From assembly GCA_965262115.1 (NCBI GenBank), contig OZ253496.1, positions 2,208,001 through 2,272,000 on the forward strand: 64,000 bases of DNA, in the 5' to 3' direction. Numbering within the stretch: the first letter of the stretch is position 1; each line of letters begins with the position of its first letter. Of the stretch, positions 21,376 to 31,356 are shown piece after piece. Below the pieces are notes generated by a model, which was given only the letters and a program-made list of their open reading frames with translations, searched no databases and was not told where the DNA came from. This DNA comes from Nitrospinales bacterium. Lineage in GTDB: Bacteria > Nitrospinota > Nitrospinia > Nitrospinales > VA-1. The translations under genes were made by a program, and so were the position numbers.

Positions 21376-21398
21376 TATTGTCTCCTTTTTTGCCTCAT

Positions 21399-21728
21399 TT
21401 AAACTACTTTCCAATAACGGTAATGAGTCTTACCTTTCGCGGGTTTCTTGCTTATTACTTCAAAAACTACTTTTAACGCTTCTCCCGGGTGTTCAATCCT
21501 ATATGTCCAAGCCCCTGTCCTTATATGGGGCTCGGGAGGATTAAAAACAAAGCCCGGCTTTCCTAATGCTAAAACATCATTGGCATCGAACCCATGCTCT
21601 TTCATTTTTTTAGGTGCATGAGGCCCCCAAATAATAGAACCTAGGCCACAAGTAGCCTTAAAAACATTACAGGCCTGAGTTGTTGATAGTGGTTTTGGTT
21701 TGCCTGTAGGTCTAGTCAATTTCTTCAT
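21399..21728 (-). CDS. Putative RelE-fold (DUF4258-like) toxin, C-terminus possibly frameshifted
   Basis: HAPKKMKEHGF...WTYRIE...LKVVFE; directly upstream of the MqsA-like remnant. Confidence 0.55.
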   Translation of the reverse strand: MKKLTRPTGKPKPLSTTQACNVFKATCGLGSIIWGPHAPKKMKEHGFDANDVLALGKPGFVFNPPEPHIRTGAWTYRIEHPGEALKVVFEVISKKPAKGKTHYRYWKVV

Positions 21729-21820
21729 GATGTATCATAAATATACATTACTTATCGTGATTGTAAATAGGAATATTAGGGATTTCTAGGGATATTTCAT
21801 TCGAAACGGATGAATCAGTT

Positions 21821-22639
21821 CTACCATTCCTCCTTTCCGAGTGGAATTTTCATGTTTCCATCGGGGCTAGTCAACTCGGTCCACGATCTTCTTCCGCCTT
21901 GGGATGCATAATAGTCTCCATCGCTTCCCCACCCTCCCTCAAGGGGGGTTGGAGAACGGATTATTTGGACTCCATTACATTCAACTATTAAATATCCTGT
22001 AACATCATCTTTTAAAGCTTTCTCTATCAGGGTAGGCCCCATTTTTCTCGGGTAAATTCGCCAGTCATCTTCTTGCAAGGTTTCAGCAAGGTATTTTTTA
22101 ATGTCTGGTGATAACGGTTCCTTGACCACTTGCACTGTATTTCCGTCAGTGATGTAACGGTCGTTTTTCCCGTTGATATCCATGGCGCGAATGGCATCGG
22201 AGACTGCATAGGCCGGTGTGACAAAATAAATCGATTGGCTGTTGGGAGAAAAGGTTTTGCTCATAAAAGAATAAATCACTTTCTCTACATCTTTCTCTTC
22301 TACCCGTGGCTCAAGGAGCATTCGTTTGGATTTGCTTTCAAGATTAATGAGCCACAGTTGATCGCTGGGGCATTCCCATACTACTTCTTGTTCACATTCC
22401 TTGATCGCGCCTTCTATTTCTCGGTTAAAGGCAATCCACTTGCCGTTAGGGGACAGGATCGGTTTGCTGTCCCTGCCCTTGCTTGTGAGTTGCGTGACCT
22501 TATCGTTAGACTGGAAAAAAATATTGCCCTTCTCTTCAAAGACGCCCGGTTTTTCACTTTCGGCCTGTGTTGAAAACAAAAAGAGAGAAGTGAGTAAAAC
22601 GCACAGAACCCAAATTTTTATCCGCATAAAAATCTCCAA
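21821..22639 (-). CDS. Exported protein with TolB/PD40-like repeats
   Basis: Signal peptide; PILSPNGKWIAF, FSPNSQSIYF. Confidence 0.75.
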   Translation of the reverse strand: MEIFMRIKIWVLCVLLTSLFLFSTQAESEKPGVFEEKGNIFFQSNDKVTQLTSKGRDSKPILSPNGKWIAFNREIEGAIKECEQEVVWECPSDQLWLINLESKSKRMLLEPRVEEKDVEKVIYSFMSKTFSPNSQSIYFVTPAYAVSDAIRAMDINGKNDRYITDGNTVQVVKEPLSPDIKKYLAETLQEDDWRIYPRKMGPTLIEKALKDDVTGYLIVECNGVQIIRSPTPLEGGWGSDGDYYASQGGRRSWTELTSPDGNMKIPLGKEEW

Positions 22640-22826
22640 CTATTCAGCCTGATAAAAACCACGGCAAAACCAAGCCCCTTATAATATAGAAGAAAAGTAA
22701 AGGTATCAATCAGTCAAGTTCTTAAATCTATATGAGTTTTGGGAAATTATCATGAGGGTGTTGAACTCCGCCGGATTCTCAGTGTAAGGTATCTCAGCAT
22801 GATCCGACCAACCAGAAAGTTTAACT

Positions 22827-23782
22827 TTGATGAATCGATTAATGCCGATGCTGACAGGGAGTTATTTATTTAAAGGATTATGCGGACTATTTGCGTTCAT
22901 CGCGCTTTGCGGATTTGATACCTCCCGGCACAGTAATCCCGTCGATGGTATTTATGATGGGGGGGGGGGGGGCCGGGTAAGGACGGAATCCCCGCCATCC
23001 TCCACCCGAAGTTCATATCTGCGAAAGAAGCCGATAAAACGTTTAAAAAAAAACATGACCGTGTTCTGGGGTACGTTAATAACGGTCAGGCGAGGGGGGC
23101 GTGCCCCATTAAAATCCTGAACTGGCATGAAATTGTCAATGATCGTGTTGGCGGGACATTGATAGTTGTGACTTGTTGCCCTCTTTGTGGCACCGGGATG
23201 GTGTTTGATCCCCAAGTGAAGGGACGCAAGCTCACTTTTGGAGTTTTGGGTACGCTCTACCAAAGCGATATGTTGCTTTACGACCATCAAACGGAAAGCC
23301 TCTGGTCGCAAATTAAATCGGAGGCGGTGACTGGCAAACTGACCGGTGCCAGTTTAAAACTTCTTCCTTCCAAGCATACGAACTGGGCGAGTTGGAAAGC
23401 CAATCATCCGGGAACCCGGGTCTTATCTGATAAAACGGGCTACTGGCGTGATTATGACCGCGATCCTTATCAGGGCTATGAAACCAGTGAGCGACTGATG
23501 CTCAATGTGGACCAGAAGAGCTGGGAATACCATCCCAAGGAAAAAATGATCGGTATAGAATTAGGCGGAGTCACTAAAGCCTACCCTTTTTCTGAGTTGA
23601 ATAAATTGAAATCGCCTGTCAAGGATGTTCTGGGAAAAACACCCATCCGTATTTTTTATGACCACAGATCAAAAACGGCGTTCATTCGGGACGAAAAAAA
23701 CGGGGAGATACCTTCCGTCGTAGGGTTTTGGTCTGCCTGGTACGCGTTTCACCCTGAAACTCGTATATTTTCTGCCAAGTAA
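22827..23782 (+). pseudogene. DUF3179-family exported protein, out of frame at a G14 tract (22959-22972)
   Basis: N-terminal signal then GFDTSRHSNPVDGIYDGG; second frame open from 22973: PGKDGIPAI...ILNWHEIVND...CPLCGTG...LWSQ...WYAFHP. Confidence 0.85.
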
Positions 23783-23796
23783 TTTTTTGTTTGGAA

Positions 23797-24201
23797 TCAG
23801 GAAGATTCTGCCTTGTGCAGGACGAGAGAGGCGGAGTTGATGCAGTAGCGAAGCCCGGTAGGGTCCGGACCGTCTTCAAAGACATGGCCCAGATGGCAAT
23901 CGCATTTGCTACACAACACTTCAGTCCTACGCATAAAGAAAAGAGTGTCCTGTTCGGTGGCAATACTTTCGGGGCGGAGAGGCTCGTAATAACTCGGCCA
24001 CCCGGTGCCTGAATCAAATTTAGCGATGGAAGAAAACAGAGGCGTATCGCAACATACGCAATGATAGTTTCCCCGGTCATGACAGTCCCAATGCTTTCCG
24101 GAGAAGGCCTGCTCGGTTCCTTTTTTCCGACAGATTTTAAACTGTTCTTCGGTCAGAATTTCCCGCCACTCGCTTTCGGTTTTTGTGATTTTTTCCGACA
24201 A
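23797..24201 (-). CDS. msrB: Peptide methionine-(R)-sulfoxide reductase
   Basis: KFDSGTGWPSY, HLGHVFEDGP, GLRYCINS; two CxxC motifs. Confidence 0.95.
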   Translation of the reverse strand: MSEKITKTESEWREILTEEQFKICRKKGTEQAFSGKHWDCHDRGNYHCVCCDTPLFSSIAKFDSGTGWPSYYEPLRPESIATEQDTLFFMRRTEVLCSKCDCHLGHVFEDGPDPTGLRYCINSASLVLHKAESS

Positions 24202-24215
24202 ATCCTGTTGCCTCC

Positions 24216-24509
24216 CTAAAAAGTTCTGATTAATTTTTTTTCTGCGATCAATCGTTTAATTTTTTCTTTTACTTCAGGACTCATATTTATGTCCTCGAGA
24301 ACTTTGGATTCATCCTTTCCCATCGACCGGGTTATCCTGCAGATGATTTCCAATTGTTTCCGATATATTTCGCAAAGCTCGCATATGGCAAGATGCATTT
24401 TAAGCCGGATCCTGCTCAAAAAAGTGAGAGGATGGTCCTGGCTTTCCGAAATAAGTGGATAGACATCCTTGCATGCCATTTTAAGCGTTTTTAGCATTCC
24501 ATTCATCAT
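24216..24509 (-). CDS. Zinc-binding anti-sigma factor (ZAS/zf-HC2)
   Basis: C...HLAICELC (HxxxCxxC) immediately downstream of an ECF sigma. Confidence 0.8.
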   Translation of the reverse strand: MMNGMLKTLKMACKDVYPLISESQDHPLTFLSRIRLKMHLAICELCEIYRKQLEIICRITRSMGKDESKVLEDINMSPEVKEKIKRLIAEKKLIRTF

Positions 24510-24521
24510 AAAATCCTATCC

Positions 24522-25082
24522 CTATTTTGCGTTGAGCCAGTTCGACTCCAGGCAAAGTTTGAGCTGGTTTCTGGCACGGTGCAATATGACCCACAAATTA
24601 GTCGGTTTTATATTGAATTCTTTACAGATTTCGTCGGAACTCAACCCATCCATTTCTTTCAGGACAAAGACCCGGTGAAATTTTTCCGGCAACCCTTTCA
24701 TGCATTTAGCCAGAATCTGGGCAAGTTCTTTATTTTCAGCGGCTTTTTCATGGTCCACGTTCCAGTTCACCGGCTTGGGAACCATATGTTCGGCGGCATC
24801 AAAATGAATCCGGTCGGATTCCTCTGCAGTCAAATCGATGGAAATATTCTTTTTGGAGCTTCTAAAATAATCCATGGTTTTATGTTTCAGGATTCCGAAT
24901 AGCCAAGTTTTTTCCGATGATCTACCGGCAAAGCTGTGTTGTGATTTTAATGCGGCAAAAAATGTGGCCTGAACCAGCTCTTCAGCGGCCTCAGGGTCTT
25001 TCACCCTGACAAGCGTAAAGCGGTACATCATATCCGCATAGTTTTCCACCCATTGTTGTGGTTCTAAAGTCTCTTGGCTCAT
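24522..25082 (-). CDS. ECF RNA polymerase sigma factor
   Basis: AEELVQATF, KTWLFGI, VFVLKEMDGLS..EIC, LHRARNQL. Confidence 0.92.
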   Translation of the reverse strand: MSQETLEPQQWVENYADMMYRFTLVRVKDPEAAEELVQATFFAALKSQHSFAGRSSEKTWLFGILKHKTMDYFRSSKKNISIDLTAEESDRIHFDAAEHMVPKPVNWNVDHEKAAENKELAQILAKCMKGLPEKFHRVFVLKEMDGLSSDEICKEFNIKPTNLWVILHRARNQLKLCLESNWLNAK

Positions 25083-25106
25083 AATTCTCGGTGATCGGGA
25101 TTAGAC

Positions 25107-25457
25107 TTGAACGTGATAGAAGGAGCCCATATACTTGGCCTTATGGAAGAGCCATCCACAGATTCCGGGGAATGCGCCAGAATCCTGAAAGCACTGGGGG
25201 ATGAAGCCCGATTAAAAATCGTCCAGTTGTTACTTAAAGGGGAAAAGAGTGTTTCCGAAATTGTTCGGTCTTTATGCATGGGGCAACCACAAGCCTCCCA
25301 TCATCTTTCCATATTAAGAGCCTCGGGCCTGGTTGGCACCCGAAGAGAAGGCAATAAGGTTATCAATTTTATCCATCCGGGTAAATATTTTTTAAATAAA
25401 AAAGAGACGGGGCTGGATCTGGGTTGTTGCTCCGTAAACTTCGACACCCACCACTAG
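25107..25457 (+). CDS. ArsR/SmtB family transcriptional regulator
   Basis: KALGDEARLKI, SVSEI, ASHHLSILRASGLV; C-terminal GCC. Confidence 0.88.
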   Translation: MNVIEGAHILGLMEEPSTDSGECARILKALGDEARLKIVQLLLKGEKSVSEIVRSLCMGQPQASHHLSILRASGLVGTRREGNKVINFIHPGKYFLNKKETGLDLGCCSVNFDTHH

Positions 25458-25630
25458 GCGTGGGGCCAACGAGCAATAGCTTAGATTGGCTGGCGAACTC
25501 TTTCTCGGCTTAACGAGCCCTTGGTGTCTGCCTCCCCTGTCAAAGGGGCTAGCCGCGGGGCCAACTAGCGACCCACTCCCGTCGGAGGGTGCGATACTCC
25601 TTCATTAACTTCATGCCCCGCAGGGATAAA
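25458..25630. repeat. Composite intergenic repeat
   Basis: GGCGTGGGGCCAAC..CAATAGCTT also at 58981; ACCCACTCCCGT.GGAGGG also at about 30710. Confidence 0.65.
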
Positions 25631-25663
25631 TTGGAAGGATTCTTTCATCTGGCAACCGCACAC

Positions 25664-26647
25664 TCAGTGCAAGGGGCCTTTGCTCACTGGCTTCACGCCT
25701 AGTGGTTCTTTGATGGCTACCTCATAAAACTGCTTCACAAATGATTTGAACAGTTTGACCGGATTGAATGAAATATCTATCGGGTAAGCCTGTTTGAAAT
25801 CCTCAACAGCGAAAGTCCGGTAATCTGTGATCCCTGAAATCTCCATGTTTTCCAAATGAAACTGGCCGAACTGTTTGAGCCTTGCTGCTTCCAAAGCATA
25901 AACCCTGTCCAGAGGAATGTTTAACAGATCGGCAAAAACCCGGTCGAGAGCGGTCATGTCTTTCGATGCCCCCATCACTCCAAGGGGGTAGGGCGTTCCG
26001 TTGATCGGGCCTTGCCCCTGCATGGCCTGAATACCATCGGCGATGGTCAGGCAGGGGTTGACGTGACGAGCAATATCTATCAGCATTTTCCCGAACTTAA
26101 GCTTGTCGTTTTTAACCAGGCAATGAAGGGCCGGCTTGCGTTTGCCGATCACCAATCCGAACAGGTTTTTAATGCCCAGCGTCATGGTCATCTGGCAATG
26201 CGATTTAACTTTTGGGAGATTAATGATTTGGTCATAGTGTTCCAGGCAACCGGCTATTTTCAGATGCGGAACCTGTTCTGTATTTTCGAATGGGATAGGG
26301 TCGGTCAAGGGCAGGATCTGCGCGCCATATTTTTTTTCCAGAAAGCCATACCCGGCTTTGTCAGCCACCGCCGATAAACTGCCCAGAGCGGGACTATCGC
26401 TGACAACGATTTGTTGGACCGACAGGTCCTTAAGAACCCGGCACACTGCCTCCACCACCACGGGGTGAGTGGTGACACAGCGTTCGGGTTTGAACCCCCG
26501 TAAAAGATTGGGTTTCAAAAGAACCCTCTGACCTAGGCCGAACAGGGCTGCTTCAGGGTCCAGGACTTTCAGAGAGTTCCGGACAAACTGCTCCACGTTC
26601 TCCAGTGAATAATCTTCAATTTTTTGTAAGTGGACTTTTGATTTCAT
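25664..26647 (-). CDS. DUF362-domain protein
   Basis: VLLKPNLL, TTHP, INLPKVKSH, KNLFG, GQGP. Confidence 0.88.
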   Translation of the reverse strand: MKSKVHLQKIEDYSLENVEQFVRNSLKVLDPEAALFGLGQRVLLKPNLLRGFKPERCVTTHPVVVEAVCRVLKDLSVQQIVVSDSPALGSLSAVADKAGYGFLEKKYGAQILPLTDPIPFENTEQVPHLKIAGCLEHYDQIINLPKVKSHCQMTMTLGIKNLFGLVIGKRKPALHCLVKNDKLKFGKMLIDIARHVNPCLTIADGIQAMQGQGPINGTPYPLGVMGASKDMTALDRVFADLLNIPLDRVYALEAARLKQFGQFHLENMEISGITDYRTFAVEDFKQAYPIDISFNPVKLFKSFVKQFYEVAIKEPLGVKPVSKGPLH

Positions 26648-26716
26648 GAAAAGCTCTTTAAAGTTTTTGGCATTATAACCTCTTTATGACGGTTAAACAT
26701 GCGAATTTGGAGGTTT

Positions 26717-29700
26717 TCAGGAGGGGGAATATAGCACTTTATAGATGCCCATATTTCTCAGCACATGTTTGACATAGCGGCGGGTTTCAGGGTAGGGGAT
26801 GGATTCGATGAATACGTCCTGATCGCTCAAATGTCCGAATCGTTTCAGCCATTTCTTCAGGACATGGGGGCCGGCATTGTATGAAATCAGAATATGCATC
26901 CCGTTTTTGTTGAACCGTTTTTTCAACTGGCTGACATATTTCACACCCAGCCGGATGTTCAGATCAGGATCAAAGAGGGCATCGGTCTCAAAAGGTTTTT
27001 TCAATTTTGTTTTCGGGTAAAGTTCTTTTCCGGTGGCTGGCATGATTTGCATGAGCCCGCGAGCACCGGCAGGGGAAAGTGCCTGACTGTCAAAAAGACT
27101 TTCCTGGCGGATAATGCCGTTCACGAAAAAGGGGTCGACCTTGCGCGATTTGGCATAGGCCAGAACTGCTTCTTCGTAGGCGAGAGGAAAAAAATGCTTC
27201 CAGAATTTTGAAGAAATATTTTTCTCTTTGGCTTTGGTGGCGAAGTCTTTGTATAGATGTAAAAGCCTGAGTGATTCTGCATAGCCCTGCGCCTGATGAT
27301 AAAGCTGGGAAAGCCACAAAACCCCGGTCAGGTTTTTCCGCACAGTTTTTTGTAATTCTCCAATTTCGTTGCGGGCTTCCTGCGTCAATCCAAGCGTAGC
27401 CAGTTCGTTGGCCCGGATGTGATGAAACTTTTCCCGCTCGCTGAGAGGCCGTCCCAGTTGCAGGCTTTCTTCTTTGGAAGATGACTTTTGTTGGGGCGTT
27501 TCGAGTTTGACATCCAAGGCCAGGAGCCTGTCTTTAGCGCGGATGCCGTGAAACGTGTAGGGGTAAAGCTCAGCGACTTTGGCATACAAATCGCGGGCCA
27601 CATCTTTTTTGTTCAGTTTTTCTGCCGATTTGGCGCTCCAATACAAGTTGTATTCGATAAACGATTTATCAGGGAATCGAGTGGCCGCGTCCTGGAACTT
27701 GTTGAAGGCTTGTTCAAATTTTCCATCGAGATAATGGACCCAACCCAGCCGCCAGCCGGCCCACTGCGCATAACCTTCATTAGGATATTTTTCCAAAGCG
27801 GTCTTGTAGTTTTTTAGCGCTTCAGGAAAGTTTTTGCGTTCTTCATAAATCTTTCCGAGAAAAAACTGCGCCTTCACTGCCAACTCTGTTGAAGGGGCGT
27901 CCTGCGTGACTTCCTTAAAATATTTGGCCCCCGCCATCGGTTGGCCCAGGTTCCAAAAGTTTCTGCCGATGTCGAATTTGGCGTTTTGCACCTTGGCGTG
28001 GTGAGGATATGTTTTCAAAAATTGTTTTAAAACTTTGTTGGCTTTTTTACGATCTCTAAGTCCTCCATGCGCCCGGGCCAGGAAAAAATAAAATCGTCCC
28101 GGTAAAAGCTTGTTTTTCTTTTGCAGTTTCTGGCCTTCCTGAATGATTTCTTTGTAACGCACGTTTTCAAACAACCCTTGAATGCGGTTGGTGTACTCTC
28201 TTAAAGTTAGCGGAACCTCTTTAACCGCTTGCAAAGCCGACAGATGCTTGAGTGCCATTTCTGCCTCAGGCGTCTGATCATGGTTGGGATATTGGATGTG
28301 AAGTTTGCGGAAATTCAAATAAGCTTCGGCTGGTTTTCCGGACTGTTCCTGAGTCCTTGCCAGTTGGAAAATCAGGTCAGGCAGAAATTCGCAAAACTTG
28401 CGGCGGCTGAAATCCTTAGTGATCGACCGGATAGTTTCTTCCAGCGTTTTCATTCCTGCTTCTGTATTCTGCAACCGGATTTGTGCATGGGCAAGAATCA
28501 GTTGGAGTTTGGCATAGAGAAGGGTGTTTGGGCTGTGCTTGAGGAGTTCGAGAGTGTTGTCGCGGGCTTTTTCATGTTTGCCTGCTTGCACCTGTGCCTG
28601 GATTAAATGGAAGCGGATATAATCTTCCACCTCTTTGTAATTTTTGCTCAATGGTTCGAGAAGCTTTATGGTTTCTTCCGGCTTTCCCTGTTCGGCGTGA
28701 ATGAGGGCGAGTAAAAACCGGGCGCGTTTGGCTTCCATTGAACCTGGTTTTTGATTTTGCAGTGCAAGAAGGCTGTTTTTAGCCTTGCTCCAATGTTTTT
28801 TCTGGAAAAGTTTTTTAGCCTTTTCATAGTGCGTAGGCTTGGCTTCGCCTGTTTGTGCAAAGCCCAGGAACATGGCCAGGAAGCAGGCGGCGACTTTGGG
28901 TAGAAGGGAAAGCAGTTTATCCGCCATGGTTTTGGGCGTGTCTTTGGAGCCCACCGGCAGTTTATCGGCGTTATTCATTTTTCTGAACCAGGTCAACTGT
29001 TTTTTAGCGTAGTGCCGGGTTTCCCTTTTAATCTCATAGGTGGCGCGGTCCAGATCCAAACTGCCTTGAAGATATTGAATCATTTGTGCGTAACCGATGC
29101 TTTTGCAGGGTTTCAGATCCGGACTGTAGCCACGCTCCAAAATGCTTTGAACTTCTCGGGCAAGCCCGTCCTTAATCATTTTGTCCACACGCTGATCGAT
29201 TTGGGAATATAGCTCGGTCCGGTCACTCTCCAGAATGAAGGTGTGGATAGGGAACTGGCTTGCGGTCGGGGAGTCGCTTTCATGAAATTCCGAAAAACGT
29301 TTTCCCGTGTCGAGATAAACCTCTAAAGCGCGTTCGATGCGCAGGGAGTCTGTTTCAGAAATTTTTGTGGCATATTCAGGGTCAACGCGTTGGAGCTCCT
29401 GATAAACTTTTTCAACGCCCTGGTCACGAATGTCCTGCCGGATTTTTTCCCGGATTTCGGGAGAGGCTCCTTCGGCGCAATCGTAATCTTCGGTCAGGAC
29501 CTTTATATAGAGTCCGGTGCCGCCAACCAGAATAGGAATTTTATTACGACTCATGAGTTCGCGAATGATTTCCAAGGCCCGTGTTTTAAAATCGAAAGCG
29601 TTAAACTCTTCATCAGGTTCGAGAATATCGATCAAATGATGGGGGGTCTCCTCCCTCACTGCCAGCGGAGGTTTAGCGGTGCCGATGTCGAAATATTTAT

Positions 29701-29815
29701 AGACCTGCAACGAATCGGCGCTGATGATTTCCGTGTCCAGCTTTCGGGCAAGGGCCAGAGCTGTTTCACTTTTTCCCGAATTCGTTGGGCCGGTTAATAT
29801 AATTAAAGGAAGCAT
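26717..29815 (-). CDS. miaA: tRNA dimethylallyltransferase fused to a signal-like segment, TPR repeats and a soluble lytic transglycosylase domain (1032 aa)
   Basis: GPTNSGKS, SADSLQVY, IGTAKP, VGGTGLY, YAKKQLTWF; then a hydrophobic segment, TPRs and SLT motifs RQES, GLMQIM, SYNAG, ETRRYV with no intervening stop. Confidence 0.9.
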   Translation of the reverse strand: MLPLIILTGPTNSGKSETALALARKLDTEIISADSLQVYKYFDIGTAKPPLAVREETPHHLIDILEPDEEFNAFDFKTRALEIIRELMSRNKIPILVGGTGLYIKVLTEDYDCAEGASPEIREKIRQDIRDQGVEKVYQELQRVDPEYATKISETDSLRIERALEVYLDTGKRFSEFHESDSPTASQFPIHTFILESDRTELYSQIDQRVDKMIKDGLAREVQSILERGYSPDLKPCKSIGYAQMIQYLQGSLDLDRATYEIKRETRHYAKKQLTWFRKMNNADKLPVGSKDTPKTMADKLLSLLPKVAACFLAMFLGFAQTGEAKPTHYEKAKKLFQKKHWSKAKNSLLALQNQKPGSMEAKRARFLLALIHAEQGKPEETIKLLEPLSKNYKEVEDYIRFHLIQAQVQAGKHEKARDNTLELLKHSPNTLLYAKLQLILAHAQIRLQNTEAGMKTLEETIRSITKDFSRRKFCEFLPDLIFQLARTQEQSGKPAEAYLNFRKLHIQYPNHDQTPEAEMALKHLSALQAVKEVPLTLREYTNRIQGLFENVRYKEIIQEGQKLQKKNKLLPGRFYFFLARAHGGLRDRKKANKVLKQFLKTYPHHAKVQNAKFDIGRNFWNLGQPMAGAKYFKEVTQDAPSTELAVKAQFFLGKIYEERKNFPEALKNYKTALEKYPNEGYAQWAGWRLGWVHYLDGKFEQAFNKFQDAATRFPDKSFIEYNLYWSAKSAEKLNKKDVARDLYAKVAELYPYTFHGIRAKDRLLALDVKLETPQQKSSSKEESLQLGRPLSEREKFHHIRANELATLGLTQEARNEIGELQKTVRKNLTGVLWLSQLYHQAQGYAESLRLLHLYKDFATKAKEKNISSKFWKHFFPLAYEEAVLAYAKSRKVDPFFVNGIIRQESLFDSQALSPAGARGLMQIMPATGKELYPKTKLKKPFETDALFDPDLNIRLGVKYVSQLKKRFNKNGMHILISYNAGPHVLKKWLKRFGHLSDQDVFIESIPYPETRRYVKHVLRNMGIYKVLYSPS

Positions 29816-30503
29816 AAATCTTTTCCATTTCATTTGAATAGGCACCATCTTCATTATAGACCGCCAGCACAGGGGCCACGCTAAATTCGGCTTTTTTTCC
29901 TTTAAGGGCGGAAACCAGAACGATTTTTGCCGGAGCTTGATAATTGCCATGGACAAAACGTGCTTGGTTGGGATATAAATTTTTGCATTCCAGTTCCCGC
30001 ATGAGTTCGCCCAGTCGCTTGGGCGGATAGGCCAAGCTTATCTGTCCGCCTTTTTTCAGTAGCGGAGCAGATTTCTCCAGCAGGGAACTCATGCTGAGGG
30101 ACAGTTCGTGCCGGGCCAGGGCTTTGCCGGAATCGGGATTGGTCTGTCCCGTCTGAACCTTACGGTAAGGCGGATTGGAAACAATATGGTCAAAAGATTC
30201 GGGCTGCAGGTTTTCTGCTTCTTTCAGGAAATCACCTTGAATGAGAGTAATCTGCTGATCCATTGCATTTTTGTGAATATTTTTTTGTGCATGGGTGCAA
30301 TCCTGAATTTCAATGGCGGTTACTTCAAGCGTCGGTTGCCGGTGAACTATCAATAGAGGAATGATGCCGCAACCGGTGCCGATATCGAGCACCGACTGAT
30401 CCGGCAACAAGGGCATGAAATTGGCCAGCAGAAATGGTTCGATGGAATAGCGGTAGCCGGTATTTTCCTGGTCAATGACCAGTTCGGTTTTGGTGCTGTT
30501 CAC
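29766..30503 (-). CDS. tRNA1(Val) A37 N6-methyltransferase family (TrmN6/YfiC-like)
   Basis: YRYSIEPFLLA, LDIGTGCGII, NPPY, ARHE. Confidence 0.85.
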   Translation of the reverse strand: MNSTKTELVIDQENTGYRYSIEPFLLANFMPLLPDQSVLDIGTGCGIIPLLIVHRQPTLEVTAIEIQDCTHAQKNIHKNAMDQQITLIQGDFLKEAENLQPESFDHIVSNPPYRKVQTGQTNPDSGKALARHELSLSMSSLLEKSAPLLKKGGQISLAYPPKRLGELMRELECKNLYPNQARFVHGNYQAPAKIVLVSALKGKKAEFSVAPVLAVYNEDGAYSNEMEKIYASFNYINRPNEFGKK

Positions 30504-30812
30504 AATGGCGTCGCCAAATAACGGTTTTACAACGAAATTTCGATTAAAGTTTAACCCATGTCCGAGGGGGTGGCAACCTTTTGTGGTTCTGAACTATTTG
30601 TTTATTAAGAAGTAATTGTTGTAATAGGGCCCGGTCCCCATGTTCATGAAGAGGGGGTTTTCCTGAAACCCCAATTGTTTCGCTCGGAGTACCTCCGCTG
30701 GTAACTAGCACCCACTCCCGTGGGAGGGAACTAGCTTTATCCGCCTAGATAACCCTTTGCTAGCCTGTTAACGCTATTGCAGTCGGCCCCATGCCGAGTG
30801 GAAGGAGAGAGA

Positions 30813-31050
30813 ATGGATTTTTTAGTGGAAGAACAGGTCTGGGCGATAGCGATGGTTGTTGTGGGCTCTTTTATCCTCAGTCTATGCGCCAAATGGGGAA
30901 AAGCACATGAGGAAGCCTTTAAGGACCCGCGCGATTACTACGGTAAAACTAAAGGAGATGAAACCCAAATCTACGCGGGGAAACATCATGACTGTGGTGG
31001 GTGGTGGCCTGTGCTTCGGCGGCATGACCCTCTTCTTGATACATATCTAA
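30813..31050 (+). pseudogene. Small two-TM membrane protein with a probable frameshift near 30980
   Basis: GGAG RBS + MDFLVEEQVWAIAMVVVGSFIL...; second hydrophobic helix NIMTVVGGGLCFGGMTLFLIHI lies in the next frame. Confidence 0.45.
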
Positions 31051-31218
31051 CTACTAGCCGTAAGGGCAAACTAACCCCGGTGAGCCGCCGATGGTAGCAC
31101 TGCATTGCCCATATAGCGGACGGAACACTCAAGCGCAACACTTTAGTAATCCTCCCCCTGATAACTCGAACAATAGGAGCACGTTTTGTTCGATGGAGCC
31201 GAGGGGGTTACTTAAATT

Positions 31219-31281
31219 GTCATCGCCACGAAGCGGCGTGGCGATCCAGTCTCTGGATTGCTTCGTTGCACTCGCAATGAC
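31219..31281. repeat. REP-like inverted pair (GTCATCGC...GCAATGAC)
   Basis: Inverted ends with inner ATCCAG/CTGGAT; related halves at 32073-32110 and 61045-61075. Confidence 0.75.
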
Positions 31282-31356
31282 AAGCTAAACCCTCTCCCAA
31301 CCTACCCTTGTCAGAGGAAAAACTTATCTTTGCTCATTTGCGTTTGCTACATTTTA

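Noticed and set aside
29816..29956. 47-aa N-terminal extension of MiaA
   Set aside because: Lies inside the upstream methyltransferase gene; MiaA homology begins at MLPLIILTGPT
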